From: an uncultured Gammaproteobacteria bacterium
GTDB taxonomy: Bacteria > Pseudomonadota > Gammaproteobacteria > UBA6002
Assembly: GCA_963705725.1 (NCBI GenBank)
Contig: CAVPKM010000018.1
Span: 70,860 to 134,859, forward strand
Reading direction: 5' to 3'
Length of the DNA stretch: 64,000 bases
Shown: piece by piece, positions 1-10,182 of the stretch
How the letters are laid out: the number at the start of each line of letters is the position of its first letter
How positions within the stretch are numbered: position 1 is the first letter of the stretch
Translations under genes and position numbers: made by a program
Notes under the pieces: model-generated
Databases searched by the model: none
Told to the model about the DNA's origin: nothing
The model's input: the letters and a program-made list of their open reading frames with translations, nothing else

Positions 1-638
1 TCTCTATGATTCAAATTTTCAGGACTAATCAAAGATCGAGCAATATGTACATAGCATGGCCAATCTATAATAGGGAACAAAGAAAATTTTTTATGCCTAC
101 TTGCAATAATAACTTGTTTAATATCGCGATCTCCTAAATTAAATGCCTGTCCTACTATAACTGGGTCAATATCACACAAAAGATAACCATCAGGATTTAA
201 TCCGTATAATTTTTTTCTTTTAAAGCAATTCCTTATAATTTTATCCAACCCATAACCTTCGCTTGATAATAAATAAAAGTCAGGATGATTGACTTGAAAA
301 TTTTCACTTGTGTAAAAGGGGCAGCATATTGTTCTCAAATCTGACTCTTGATTTTTATCAATAAATAATATATCCAAATACTCTTCACTCGAAAATTTAG
401 ATCTAAATATTTTTTTATACTGTTTTAGAATTAATTCGTTGTGGACCTTATCAATTACTAAGCAAAGGGCTACACTATATTCTTTTACATCTTGATATTT
501 AGTAAGAGCTAGATATGCGCGAATATTCAGTCCTGTTTTAAAAAAAAATTTACTCAGCTCATTTTTAAATTCCCGCTCAATTTCACCGTCATGTTCACAG
601 ATGAATACAATTTCATTCTGAATTATTGTCTTAACCAT
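1..638 (-). CDS. SseB C-terminal-like domain protein, putative toxin immunity protein (runs off window edge)
   Basis: Manual translation from ATG 638 is open to position 1 (MVKTIIQNEIVFICEHDGEIEREFKNELSKFF...RAYLA...YLLCDIDPVIVGQAF...IIASRHKKFSLFPIIDWPCYVHIAR). EHDG-x-ERE...RAYLA resembles SseB_C. It follows a toxin-like tail by 17 bp. Confidence 0.55.
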   Translation of the reverse strand, partial: MVKTIIQNEIVFICEHDGEIEREFKNELSKFFFKTGLNIRAYLALTKYQDVKEYSVALCLVIDKVHNELILKQYKKIFRSKFSSEEYLDILFIDKNQESDLRTICCPFYTSENFQVNHPDFYLLSSEGYGLDKIIRNCFKRKKLYGLNPDGYLLCDIDPVIVGQAFNLGDRDIKQVIIASRHKKFSLFPIIDWPCYVHIARSLISPENLNHR

Positions 639-655
639 CTATCTATTCCTGCAGA

Positions 656-775
656 TTAATAACCCGGATTTACACCAGAAACTCTTTTCAAATCAATCTG
701 TTCTTCTGGATTTGGAATTAGCAACTCATCTAAACCACCATCATTACCAGATAGAGGTAAAGCTTCCCGTTGTTT
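656..775 (-). pseudogene. Orphan polymorphic-toxin C-terminal tail
   Basis: Manual translation QREALPLSGNDGGLDELLIPNPEEQIDLKRVSGVNPGY* with no start; directly upstream of the immunity-like gene. Confidence 0.4.
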
Positions 776-779
776 AACG

Positions 780-1130
780 CTAATTTCGCTTTAATATTAA
801 GAAAGTTTGAGGGATTAACTATCTTGAATATACGAAAGTAATCTCCTTTAGGTATAGCATCAGAACATAAACGCAGATCATAAATATAGCCATCTTTCTG
901 ATAAACATAATGATATATGTAATTTTCAGCTTTGAATACCTCGTCATTCCTTTCTGGAATATAAAGAATTTTACTGAGAGATTCAGATTCGATTTTAATT
1001 TTTTGCCCTACTCCTCCTGCCGCTTCAAATATTTTATCAACTATTTCACTGCCTGTTCCTTTATGGATAGGGACTTATCAATTTTATTAGGAATATTCTC
1101 CAATTGCTCATGATACTATTTTCTAACTAC
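780..1130 (-). pseudogene. Degraded papain-fold toxin domain (Tox-PL-like) remnant
   Basis: SEIVDKIFEATGGVGQKIKIES...YIYHYVYQKDGYIYDLRLCSDAIPKGDYFRIFKIVNP. The catalytic DCSEI motif region is frameshifted or deleted. Confidence 0.45.
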
Positions 1131-1172
1131 CAAATTACTAAAAAGACCTTGCACAAGTAGCCACAACGAAAG

Positions 1173-2160
1173 GTGATATCACTTTCTTTGGGTGATCGGC
1201 TGTTATTTTTAAAAAATGATACGCGCTTAGGCGTGAACAATGGCCGCTTTGCTCATGTGGTAGTGCTTGACCTAAATGCTGCAGGAAAGGTAAAAAACTT
1301 GGTTTGTGAGCTCGATGGCACACAAACCAGGGTCTTGATTGATCCGATGCTTTATGGGGACTTTATGCACGGTTATGCGGCGACTGTTCATAAAACTCAA
1401 GGCATGACGGTAAAACATGCCTTTGTTTATATCTGGGGGAAAAGCTGGGACCGGCATCTTACTTATGTGGCGATATCACGGCATAAAGCGAGCTGTCAGC
1501 TTTATGCTGATCGCACCACTTATCCTGGATTTAATCAGTTAGCTATATCTTTTGGTCGTGATGGATTGAAAGACAGCGTATTAGATTATCCTTATGCTTT
1601 TGCTAAGCGAAGAAATATCCGGCCGAATGAAGGGGGTTTTCTAAAACATCTCACTTCGCGTCTAAAAAAATTTAAAGACGAGATGGCTCAAAAGCTGCGT
1701 GCTCTCTCTTAAAATAAATTAAAGCCGGTTGCGGATACGCCGGCCTCTTCAGTCGAGGATAAGGATCTTTCAACGCAGCTTAAATCGCTGTTGCTTGAAT
1801 ACCTGGATTTAGAGCTTAAACAAGAAAATTACCTTAAGCGCTTATATACCTTACAAGATCCTTAGCTAAACAAGCGATCAAGGAGGAGATCTTAGCTAGA
1901 AAAAAATCCCTTGAAGCACTGGCTCATTCATTGATAAAAAATCCTGCTCACCGCTATCGTTTTGATGAAATGCATGGTTATAAAATTCTACAGCTTGAAG
2001 TGTTGGGTGGTTATTCTGCGATTAAAGCTCGTCTGGAAAATGAAACCGCCAGTCAGCAAGATATTTTATCTCTGTTATCACAAATCAAAAAACGTAGTCA
2101 ATCGAGGCCACTTATCTAAAGCAAAGCCAAAATAAAAGCAGGTCGCAAAAGTGAATTTGA
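1173..2160 (+). pseudogene. traA: Ti-type conjugative relaxase TraA, C-terminal helicase fragment
   Basis: HGYAATVHKTQGMTV...WDRHLTYVAISRHK (RecD-like helicase motifs V/VI) in ORF 1173-1712; degraded continuation includes ORF 1931-2119. Confidence 0.8.
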
Positions 2161-2167
2161 AAAAATT

Positions 2168-2497
2168 TCAAGCCATTTTGTAACGTTCTTTTTCAATCAA
2201 CAGAAAATAATTTTCTAGTAGTTTAAAAAACTCTTCTCGTTTTTTTTTAGCCACATTAATACCACAAGTATCAATTGAAAACTGAATCGAGACATCGTAA
2301 TCTGCTGGGAACTCTGCCTCTCTAATGAAGCGAGGTATAAAATCTAATGAATTTAATTTCATTTTACGATCATGAATAAAAAATGAATCAATTATTTTCC
2401 CTGTAAAAACCGTTATTTCAAAATCATTTCCGATAAGCCATACTTGTCGCGAACCTTGAAACCCATCATCAGGTCTTTCTTTAATTAGTCTTGCCAT
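2168..2497 (-). CDS. 109-aa hypothetical protein, putative immunity protein (copy 1)
   Basis: Intact ORF starting 13 bp after a toxin-like stop codon; near-identical to 3524-3853. Confidence 0.55.
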   Translation of the reverse strand: MARLIKERPDDGFQGSRQVWLIGNDFEITVFTGKIIDSFFIHDRKMKLNSLDFIPRFIREAEFPADYDVSIQFSIDTCGINVAKKKREEFFKLLENYFLLIEKERYKMA

Positions 2498-2510
2498 CTA
2501 ATTCAATTCC

Positions 2511-2700
2511 TTATTTGCTTAATCTATTGCTATCATTTATATGTTCATACTGACTTTTTGAGGTAATTCGAATATCATTTTCTAGATCAAAAATACTTTT
2601 CTTACCAACACTATTTAATATTAAACTTCTTGATTGACTAAAGTGACTCAATCCTTCTCGATATCCAGGAAACCCAGACGCATTAAGAACAATGTCTTTA
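2511..2700 (-). pseudogene. 3' tail of JAB-like toxin (copy)
   Basis: NASGFPGYREGLSHFSQSRSLILNSVGKKSIFDLEND...SK*; duplicate of 3867-4056. Confidence 0.5.
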
Positions 2701-2701
2701 A

Positions 2702-2915
2702 CACATAGGTATAATCATTAGGGTCTTTCTTGCTTGAATCAAAGGCTTCGTTCCCATAGCTATGTATTAACTGATTGGCTTTTTCATCACCCTTGCTTGT
2801 GGTGAAGTATATCGACAAATTTTTATTCGAAATTTTTCTTTCATTTACAAACCCTGTTGCAATTAATTTATTAATTATTTTTGCTGAATTTACTCTGCCA
2901 CTATACCTCTAAGAT
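2702..2915 (-). pseudogene. 5'-truncated copy of the 100-aa gene at 5398-5700
   Basis: Nucleotide match to about 5398-5612. Confidence 0.8.
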
Positions 2916-2941
2916 CTAAGGATTAAAAGATAGCATATTAA

Positions 2942-3520
2942 ATTATCCTTATGCCTTTGCTAAGCGAAGAAATATCCGGCCTCATGAAGGGCATTTTCTC
3001 AAGCATCTCACTGCGCGCTTAAAAAAATTTAAAGACGAGATAGCTCAAAGCTACGCGCCCTATCACAAAAAATAGATTAAAGCCAGTTGCGAATACGCAA
3101 ACCCCTTCAGTCGATAATGGAGACACTTCAACGCAGGCACTGTTGTTTGAATATCTAGATTTGTAGCTTAAGCAAGAAAATTCCCTTAAGCGCTTGATAC
3201 CTTATAAGATCCCTTAGCTAAGCAAGCGATTAAGGAGAAGATCTTAGCTAGATAAGAAAAAAATCCTTGAAGCACTGGCTGATTCATTGATAAAAAATTC
3301 TGCTCACTGCTATCGTTTTGATGAAATGCATGGTTATAAAATTCTACAGCTTGAAGTGTTGGGTGGTTATTCTGCGATTAAAGCTCGTCTAGAAAATGAA
3401 ACCTCCAGTCAGCAAGACATTTTATCTCTGTTATCACAAATCAAAAAACGTAGTCAATCGAGGCCACTTATCTAAAGCAAAGCCAAAATAAAAGCAGGTC
3501 GTAAAAGTGAATTTGAAAAA
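2942..3520 (+). pseudogene. traA: Second traA 3' fragment
   Basis: Duplicate of 1585-2160 with additional frameshifts. Confidence 0.7.
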
Positions 3521-3523
3521 ATT

Positions 3524-3853
3524 TCAAGCCATTTTGTAACGTTCTTTTTCAATCAACAGAAAATAATTTTCTAGTAGTTTAAAAAGCTCTTCTCGTTTTT
3601 TTTTAGCCACATTAATACCACAAGTATCAATTGAAGACTGAATCGAGACATCGTAATCTGCTGGGAACTCTGCCTCTCTAATGAAGCGAGGTATAAAATC
3701 TAATGCATTTAATTTCATTTTACGATCATGAATGAAAAATGAATCAGTTATTTTTCCTGTAAAAACCGTTATTTCAAAATCATTTCCGATAAGCCATACT
3801 TGTCGCGAACCTTGAAACCCATCATCAGGTTTTTCTTTAATTAGTCTTGCCAT
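3524..3853 (-). CDS. 109-aa hypothetical protein, putative immunity protein (copy 2)
   Basis: Intact ORF directly after the JAB-like toxin tail. Confidence 0.55.
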   Translation of the reverse strand: MARLIKEKPDDGFQGSRQVWLIGNDFEITVFTGKITDSFFIHDRKMKLNALDFIPRFIREAEFPADYDVSIQSSIDTCGINVAKKKREELFKLLENYFLLIEKERYKMA

Positions 3854-3866
3854 CTAATTCAATTCC

Positions 3867-5320
3867 TTATTTGCTTAATCTATTGCTATCATTTATATGT
3901 TCATACTGACTTTTTGAGGTAATTCGAATACCATTTTCTAGATCAAAAATACTTTTTTTACCAACACTATTTAATATTAACTTCTTGATTGACTAAGGTA
4001 ACTCAATCCTTCTCGATATCCAGGAAACCCAGACGCATTAAGAACAAGGTCTTTAATTCCTGGATAAGTGTGTGCGGACCATGTCCAACTCTCTTTCTTA
4101 GTAAATCTTTAACCATTACCACTCCCGATGGGCTACCACGGACAATAATACGACGACTCCCTAATGTAACATTGCAAATTCGTCCCAGTTTTTGCCGTTA
4201 ATGCAGCAAGGTCAGTAACATTTATGTCCGATTTATGTAATGGGATCATCGAACCTTCTTCTGGGAGTTGATTTAATATGCTTGCTTGGCGGTTTGATAA
4301 TTCCCCATAGCCCCAGGCTATTTGACTGGGGCTACTGCATTGATATTTATACACTCTGCTCTTGTTTTTTCAACTAAAAGCTCATGCGTCACTGCTTTTG
4401 AAAAATAATTATTTTTGAATTTCCCTATTAAATTAGCGATAGAAAGGTCTTGAGCAACATTAACAAACCCTATTGCACCAGCCTCTCCAGTCATCAAGCT
4501 AGCCGCTTCTCCAAGCCCCAGTCCAAAATAGTACTCCGATTTCTGGGCAATATTCATGTTTAAAGTATCAACAGGATCAAAAGTAAAGCCAGCAACGATG
4601 CCTCTTTTATTGTTTCCTCCTTCTCTAGCATTTGTTGTGCAAAGCTGCTGATAACATGGTTTGTGCTATCATTCTCCGCTATTTTTAACAGCGTTTGGTC
4701 AAACGTAACCGCCTCTTGATTGCTGTTTGTTGGAGCTTGATCAAAATGAGTCTGCTCCTTTTTTAAAAGCGGAGAGCTGATAAACAGGAATAGGTGTTTG
4801 GAAAGCATTTTTCACACTCAAGAAATTCGAGTCACTTTGCTCAAAGGCATTGCGCCCAAATAAATTGAGATCAAGTATTTCATCCGTTTTCTGCGACAAA
4901 TCAGGCGTTTTCTGTTCCCATTTTGTAATGCACTTTCCCAATCTTTAGCAGGTTTGACACTTTTTTGATAATGCGCGATCGTTTGTTTTGGCAGTAAATT
5001 AGCCCAAGTGTTCGTTAATCTTGCAGGTATATTCCAGATGCAGCAAATGGAAGCTTGTTGATTTTCTTCTGGACCGACTAATCGCTTGGGTAATCGATTT
5101 TTTGTATCGCCGTAATTTATTGAGGAATAACGTTGGGTCCCTGCTCCTGCTTGGAATAATTTTCTGCACTCACCTCCCCGCGTTCATTTACAACGTGACC
5201 TTGTTTTCCACAACGGTGTGATGACTGTCCTGGTTATGGTCGCTTCCCACTTCCATTGCGCTTCCTTATCCGCACTCACATCTAAGCCTAAATCCGCATT
5301 AAATTGATCCATCACGGATT
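3867..5320 (-). pseudogene. Frameshifted polymorphic toxin with JAB/MPN-like C-terminal domain
   Basis: Stitched frames give DLAALTAKTG-DEFAM-LGSRRIIVRG...SWTWSAHTYPGIKDLVLNASGFPGYREGL...RSLILNSVG (SAHT[H]P = JAB-type HxH). ORFs 4133-4354, 4318-4557, 4560-4808 and 4741-4941 are fragments of it. Confidence 0.5.
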
Positions 5321-5397
5321 GTTAAAGCAAAGTCAAATAAAAGCAGGACGCGAAAGTGAGTTCAAAAAATTTCAAGCTAACACACGTAATATCACAA

Positions 5398-5700
5398 TTA
5401 GGTATAATCATTAGGGTCTTTCTTGCTTGAATCAAAGACTTCGTTCCCATAGCTATGTATTAACTGATTGACTTTTTCATCACCCTTGCTTGTGGTGAAG
5501 TATATCGATAAATTTTTATTCGAAATTTTTCTTTCATTTACAAACCCTGTTGCAATTAATTTATTAATTATTTTTGCTGAATTGACTCTGCCACCTATAC
5601 CTCTAAGATCTAAAGCTCGCTCTACTTGATACCATGACCATTTGCCGCTCGCTCGAGCAATAAGAACTAAAATTAAATCGCTAAAAAATATTTTTTTCAT
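5398..5700 (-). CDS. 100-aa hypothetical protein, putative immunity protein (winged-helix-like pattern)
   Basis: Intact ORF 7 bp after a truncated upstream coding tail. Confidence 0.5.
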   Translation of the reverse strand: MKKIFFSDLILVLIARASGKWSWYQVERALDLRGIGGRVNSAKIINKLIATGFVNERKISNKNLSIYFTTSKGDEKVNQLIHSYGNEVFDSSKKDPNDYT

Positions 5701-5707
5701 AATACAT

Positions 5708-5804
5708 TTACTTTAATTGAATAACTTCTTGATACAATAGCTCTTCCTGCTGTTCCATAATTTTGATCGCATCTGGTGTATACAATTCACTAATTTCTCC
5801 GGAT
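5708..5804 (-). pseudogene. C-terminal tail of a gene truncated by IS3 (putative toxin tip)
   Basis: SGEISELYTPDAIKIMEQQEELLYQEVIQLK*; abuts the IS3 end at 5805. Confidence 0.4.
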
Positions 5805-5832
5805 TGATCTACCCCCGCTTTGATAGACACAC

Positions 5833-6647
5833 TTATGCGGCATCCTTATATTGATTTTCGAATACTTCTGGAGCAATTGAACCAATATCAGAATGACGGC
5901 GCACCCGGTTGTAATACCCTTCTATATATTGAAAAATACTTTGTTTAGCTGTTTCTCTTGTTGTATATCGTTCAGCATAGATTAATTCTATTTTTATACT
6001 ATGAAAAAAACTTTCTGCAATCGCATTGTCCCAACAGTTTCCCTTTTCGGCTCATACTACAAGTAACGCCAAAAGATTTAAGTAGTTTTTGATAGTCGTT
6101 AGAACCATATTGGGATCCTCTATCAGAATGGAATAGAACACCTCGTGGAAACCCCCTACGCCATAAAGCCATGATAAATGCGTCGCACACAAGTTGACGT
6201 GACATAGTCGGTTGAATTGACCATCCAATCACCGCGTGAATATAAGTCAATCACAACAGCCAGATATAGCCATCCTTCATCCGTCTTGACGTAACTGATG
6301 TCTCCGCACCATTTTTGATTAGGTGCTCCTGCACAGAAATCACGATTTAGCAAATTAGGAGCAACAGGTAGATGGTGCTTAGAGTCGGTTGTCATTTTGA
6401 ATTTTTTCTTTGCTTTAGCACGTAAATCTAAATGATTCATCCTCTTTGCAACACGATTTTTACCGCAGGTCTCCCCATCAGCGTGTAGTTCATCTGTCAT
6501 TCGCTTGGCTCCGTATCGACCTTTGTGCGCCTTAAAAGTAGCAATGATTTTTATATCTAACAATTCATTTACTTGTTGACGCTTACCCGGCTTACGCTTC
6601 AGCCAGGCATAGTATCCGCTACGCTCTATTGAAAACATACTGAACAT
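5833..6647 (-). pseudogene. IS3 transposase orfB (frameshifted)
   Basis: WCGDISYV...LYLAVVIDLYSR, HSDRGSQY, GNCWDNA split over three frames. Confidence 0.9.
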
Positions 6648-6672
6648 CCTTTTATACTAAAATTAGCCTCAT

Positions 6673-6993
6673 TTACTTTGATGAACGTACTTTACTTCTG
6701 TGCTGAGCAAAGTACGTTGCTGCCTTTTTTAAGATTTCTTTCTCCTCTTTGGCGATCGCTAATTCTCTATGCAAACGACGGTTTTCCTCTATTAATGTGG
6801 GGATATCTTGGTTGGTATTAGCACCGTTAGTTAAGATATTTCCCCTTTTTTTCAGTGCATGTATCCAGCCATGGAGCGTACTAGCGGGGAAGCCCAATTC
6901 TCTTGCTGTTACTTCAATGGAGGGAGACTTTAGTGCTAAATTTACTGCTTCTTGCTTGAACTCTTTCGTATATTTTTTTGTCGATTTTGACAT
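6673..6993 (-). CDS. IS3 transposase orfA
   Basis: KKYTKEFKQEAVNL HTH...EENRRLHRELAIAKEEKEILKKAATYFA; likely start MSKSTKK at 6993. Confidence 0.85.
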   Translation of the reverse strand: MSKSTKKYTKEFKQEAVNLALKSPSIEVTARELGFPASTLHGWIHALKKRGNILTNGANTNQDIPTLIEENRRLHRELAIAKEEKEILKKAATYFAQHRSKVRSSK

Positions 6994-7149
6994 TTTTGAC
7001 ACCTTTTTTGTTGACCCGTAGTTTATCAAAATTACGTGTCTACTGAAGCGGGGGTAGATCATTTTTTAAAGTAAAAAGCTTTATCCTCATTTTATTCTAT
7101 ATATTGCCACAAAATATTAGTATATTTTGTGGCAACTAGGATATAAATA

Positions 7150-7755
7150 ATGATCGAATTTATTGCAGACAAAGTAAAAAAAAGAATTGTTGAACATGGC
7201 AGAGGATGGTGCTTCACTCCAAAACATTTTCTTGATTTGGATAGCGACACTGGCGTAAGAAGCGCCCTATCACGTCTCCAAAAAAACAAAATAATTCGTC
7301 GGCTTGCACAAGGTATATATGACTACCCTCGCAAGCATAAAGTGTTAGGCACTCTTCCTCCAAAACCAGACGTTGCAAAAGCAATCGCAGAAAAAAATGC
7401 AATTCAGATTCAACCATCTGGGGCCTATGCTGCAAATCTCATTGGTTTGTCAGACCAAGTGCCTGGACGTATTATATTTTTAACGAATGGGCCATCAAAA
7501 AAATTCAAAATAGGAAAGCAAGAAATTTTGTTTAGAACAACAACAGAAAAAAATATGTATCCTGCAAGAACTAGAGTAGGCCTTGTGATTCAGGCATGCA
7601 GAAATCTAGGAAAAGAAAACATTGACCATAGTGCGCTTGCCCGAATAAAAAAATTTCTTTTAGAGACAAGTCAGAGTGAAATCATTAAGAACTTGAAATA
7701 TGCTCCGCAATGGATTCGCGCAATTATTCTCAGTATTATGGATGTTACACCATGA
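7150..7755 (+). CDS. AbiEi-like / DUF6088 antitoxin of type IV TA (AbiE) system
   Basis: VRSALSRL...IRRLAQGIYDYPR...QPSGAYAANLIGLSDQVP; overlaps the AbiEii-like gene by 4 bp. Confidence 0.8.
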   Translation: MIEFIADKVKKRIVEHGRGWCFTPKHFLDLDSDTGVRSALSRLQKNKIIRRLAQGIYDYPRKHKVLGTLPPKPDVAKAIAEKNAIQIQPSGAYAANLIGLSDQVPGRIIFLTNGPSKKFKIGKQEILFRTTTEKNMYPARTRVGLVIQACRNLGKENIDHSALARIKKFLLETSQSEIIKNLKYAPQWIRAIILSIMDVTP

Positions 7756-8711
7756 CGGAACTACACTTACTTTCCGTGCAGGAGCGGGAGCTATATTTGA
7801 TACTGTAGCAGAAGAATTAAATATATCATTTGAAATTATCGAGAAAGACTTCTGGGTTGTATGGATGCTAGAAAGACTATCTTCACTTTCTGACTTAAAA
7901 GATTATCTTATATTTAAGGGTGGAACCTCACTATCAAAAGTTTATGGTATTATTCAGCGATTTTCAGAGGACATTGATCTTTCAATTGAAAAAGGATTTT
8001 TCGGATTTGATAAAATAAATGATCCCGAGAAAGCTCTGTCAAAGAAAAAGCAGCAAGCAGCATTGAAAAACCTTTCTCTTACATGCTCACGGTACGTCCA
8101 AAATGATCTTTCGCGGACGTTACGAATGGCTATAGCCGAGAAACTGGAAACTCTTGACGGCTGCAGCTTGAAATAGATACTGCAGATCCCGATGGCCAAA
8201 CTCTGCAATTTGAGTACCCTAGTAGAACAATAAAGAATACATATATTCACCCCTCAGTAAAAATAGAGTTAGGCGCTCGCTCAGATCATTGGCCGGTTAG
8301 TAATCATACAATCCAAAGCTAGCCAAGATTGTGCTTAAAGAGAAAGTTAATGAGCCTGTAGTTTTGGTTAAAGTTTTAGATGCAAAACGTAGCTTTTGGG
8401 AAAAAGCAACTATTCTCCACATGTATGCACATCTACCCCAAGAGAAAAAAATGCTTCTGCAAATTTCCAGACACTACTATGACTTTTATTGTCTTTTACA
8501 TTCAGATCGTAAAGGATCTTTCGTTGCCGATCATACACTGTTAGATAGAGTCACGACTCACAAAAGGATGTATTTCGCATCTGCTTGGGCAAATTATAAC
8601 ACAGCTCGAAAAGGCAGTTTAAAGCTGTCGCCACCTTCAACTCTTTTTGAAGACTTAGAAAAAGATTTTAATTTGATGAAGGATATGTTTTTCGGAAACG
8701 TCCCCGAATAG
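7752..8711 (+). pseudogene. AbiEii-family nucleotidyltransferase toxin (frameshifts and stops)
   Basis: IEKDFWV...FKGGTSLSK...IQRFSEDIDL; VKIELGARSDHWP; RSFWEKAT...SRHYYD, distributed over several frames. Confidence 0.85.
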
Positions 8712-8946
8712 AATACGATATTGAAAGTAATCAGAGCTTTGAAATAGAATTTAATAATAAAGGGTAATCTACATATTGGTTTGCGTTAGTTCACTTTAAC
8801 TTTTAACGAAGTAATACTAAGAAATGAAGCATATTTTCATTATGCATTTTTAAAACGCTCGGTCTTCATGTTAGCGCAACTTTAAGCTTTCAATTGTAGA
8901 TTGTAAGATTATTTTGACTCTGGTTGTCGATCATCAAACGTTAATT

Positions 8947-9110
8947 TTCTAACACGCTAGAAAAGCTGAAAAAACAGGGTTTAATCAACACAAATGATCC
9001 AATGCAAATGGAAAGCATAGCAATTTTCATTAATCATGCAGAAAGAAAAATTGATCAAATTAACCGTCGATTATTTTTAGGAGAAAGAATTCCGCATGTC
9101 GAGTTTTTTT
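8947..9110 (+). pseudogene. Transposase remnant (ISNCY-like)
   Basis: FINHAERKIDQINRRLFLGERIPH resembles the HAERQIDQI.RR...GE.IPH.EKVFS motif of ISNCY transposases. Confidence 0.5.
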
Positions 9111-9243
9111 CCTTGCGCTTAATAATAGCGGTTTTAACCTTTTTAAATTGCTCTGCTGATATCGCTTGGATAGCATTTGCGCATAAAAAATTCTTTTTAG
9201 GCAGTTTTTAATACGCATCAGTGTACACATATCAAAAAAGATT

Positions 9244-10182
9244 TTAAACAGGCTCTAAGGAAATATACTGATTCAGCAGTTCAACTGAAATTCCTATGCC
9301 ACCACAAACAATAACCAATATCGATTGGGCTTGTTGAAGGAAATTGATGCTGTTGCTATCATAAATAACCGATAGTGCTGCGCCGCAGGCTGGCTCTACC
9401 AATACCCTGTGATCATCAACAAATTTTCTGCATGCGGAGACTGCTGCATGATCAGTAACAACAAGAGGAGTAATTGGCAGCTTTTTTGACCATTCAAAAA
9501 GGTTGTTTGCGACCCTCTTGGCACCCAATGAGGTTGCAACAGTATTAATACGTCCCAGTGTAATTAATTCACCTGCTTTAACGCTTTCAGCAAAGGATGC
9601 GGCACCTTCTGTTTCTACCGAAAAAACAGAAACATCTGTCCAACCATGTCGCTCAAGACCCTCGAGTACACCACATAACAAACCACCACCGCCAACAGCT
9701 GCGATGATCGCATCTGGTTTTTTAGATTGCTGAATAATTTCATCTATCATTGTGGAATGACCAGCCCAGATGGATGGATGGTCAAAGGGCGGAACATATC
9801 CCCCTTTTACTTTGTTAACGAATTCCATGGCAGCCTCATGTGCTTCATCCCATACATCGCCATGAATTTTAATATCTGCGCCTTCTAGCATTAAATGCTG
9901 CAGAAAAATTGGATTAGTTGTTTTTGGTACAAAGACTGTCACAGGGATACCCAGTTTTTTTCCTGCATATGCAACTGCATATCCCGCATTCCCTCCAGAG
10001 GAGGAAACAAGTTGATGACATCCCTTCGCAACTAACTCCTGGCATAATTGTCCAATTCCGCGAATTTTAAATGAACCAGTAGGCTGAAAACACTCCATCT
10101 TAAGCAGGATGCTTTTCCCTGAGACGTTGCTTAATTGTTTCGACTCAAAGAGTGGAGTCGTGACATGCAAAGTTTCCAACAT
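9244..10182 (-). CDS. PLP-dependent L-serine/threonine dehydratase, eukaryotic SDS/CHA1-like
   Basis: KMECFQPTGSFKIRG (PLP lysine), SSGGNAG, AVGGGGL, VEPACGAAL, VCGG. Confidence 0.88.
   Translation of the reverse strand: MLETLHVTTPLFESKQLSNVSGKSILLKMECFQPTGSFKIRGIGQLCQELVAKGCHQLVSSSGGNAGYAVAYAGKKLGIPVTVFVPKTTNPIFLQHLMLEGADIKIHGDVWDEAHEAAMEFVNKVKGGYVPPFDHPSIWAGHSTMIDEIIQQSKKPDAIIAAVGGGGLLCGVLEGLERHGWTDVSVFSVETEGAASFAESVKAGELITLGRINTVATSLGAKRVANNLFEWSKKLPITPLVVTDHAAVSACRKFVDDHRVLVEPACGAALSVIYDSNSINFLQQAQSILVIVCGGIGISVELLNQYISLEPV

Larger units (their letters stand above)
1585..4056. repeat. ~1.1-kb direct duplication (1585-2701 vs 2942-4056)
   Basis: Near-identical ORF pairs 1931-2119/3287-3475 and 2168-2497/3524-3853; nucleotide similarity visible throughout. 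Confidence 0.9.
5805..7061 (-). mobile_element. IS3-family element, copy 1 (defective, 1257 bp)
   Basis: TG...CA ends; IRs TGATCTACCCCCGCTT(TGA/CAG)TAGACAC; orfA and fragmented rve orfB; no TSD. Confidence 0.95.

Noticed and set aside
2119-5378. Integron attC sites at the repeated junction motif
   Set aside because: The GTT/AAC words are in the wrong order for attC, there is no integron integrase, and the motif reads as the traA 3' end.
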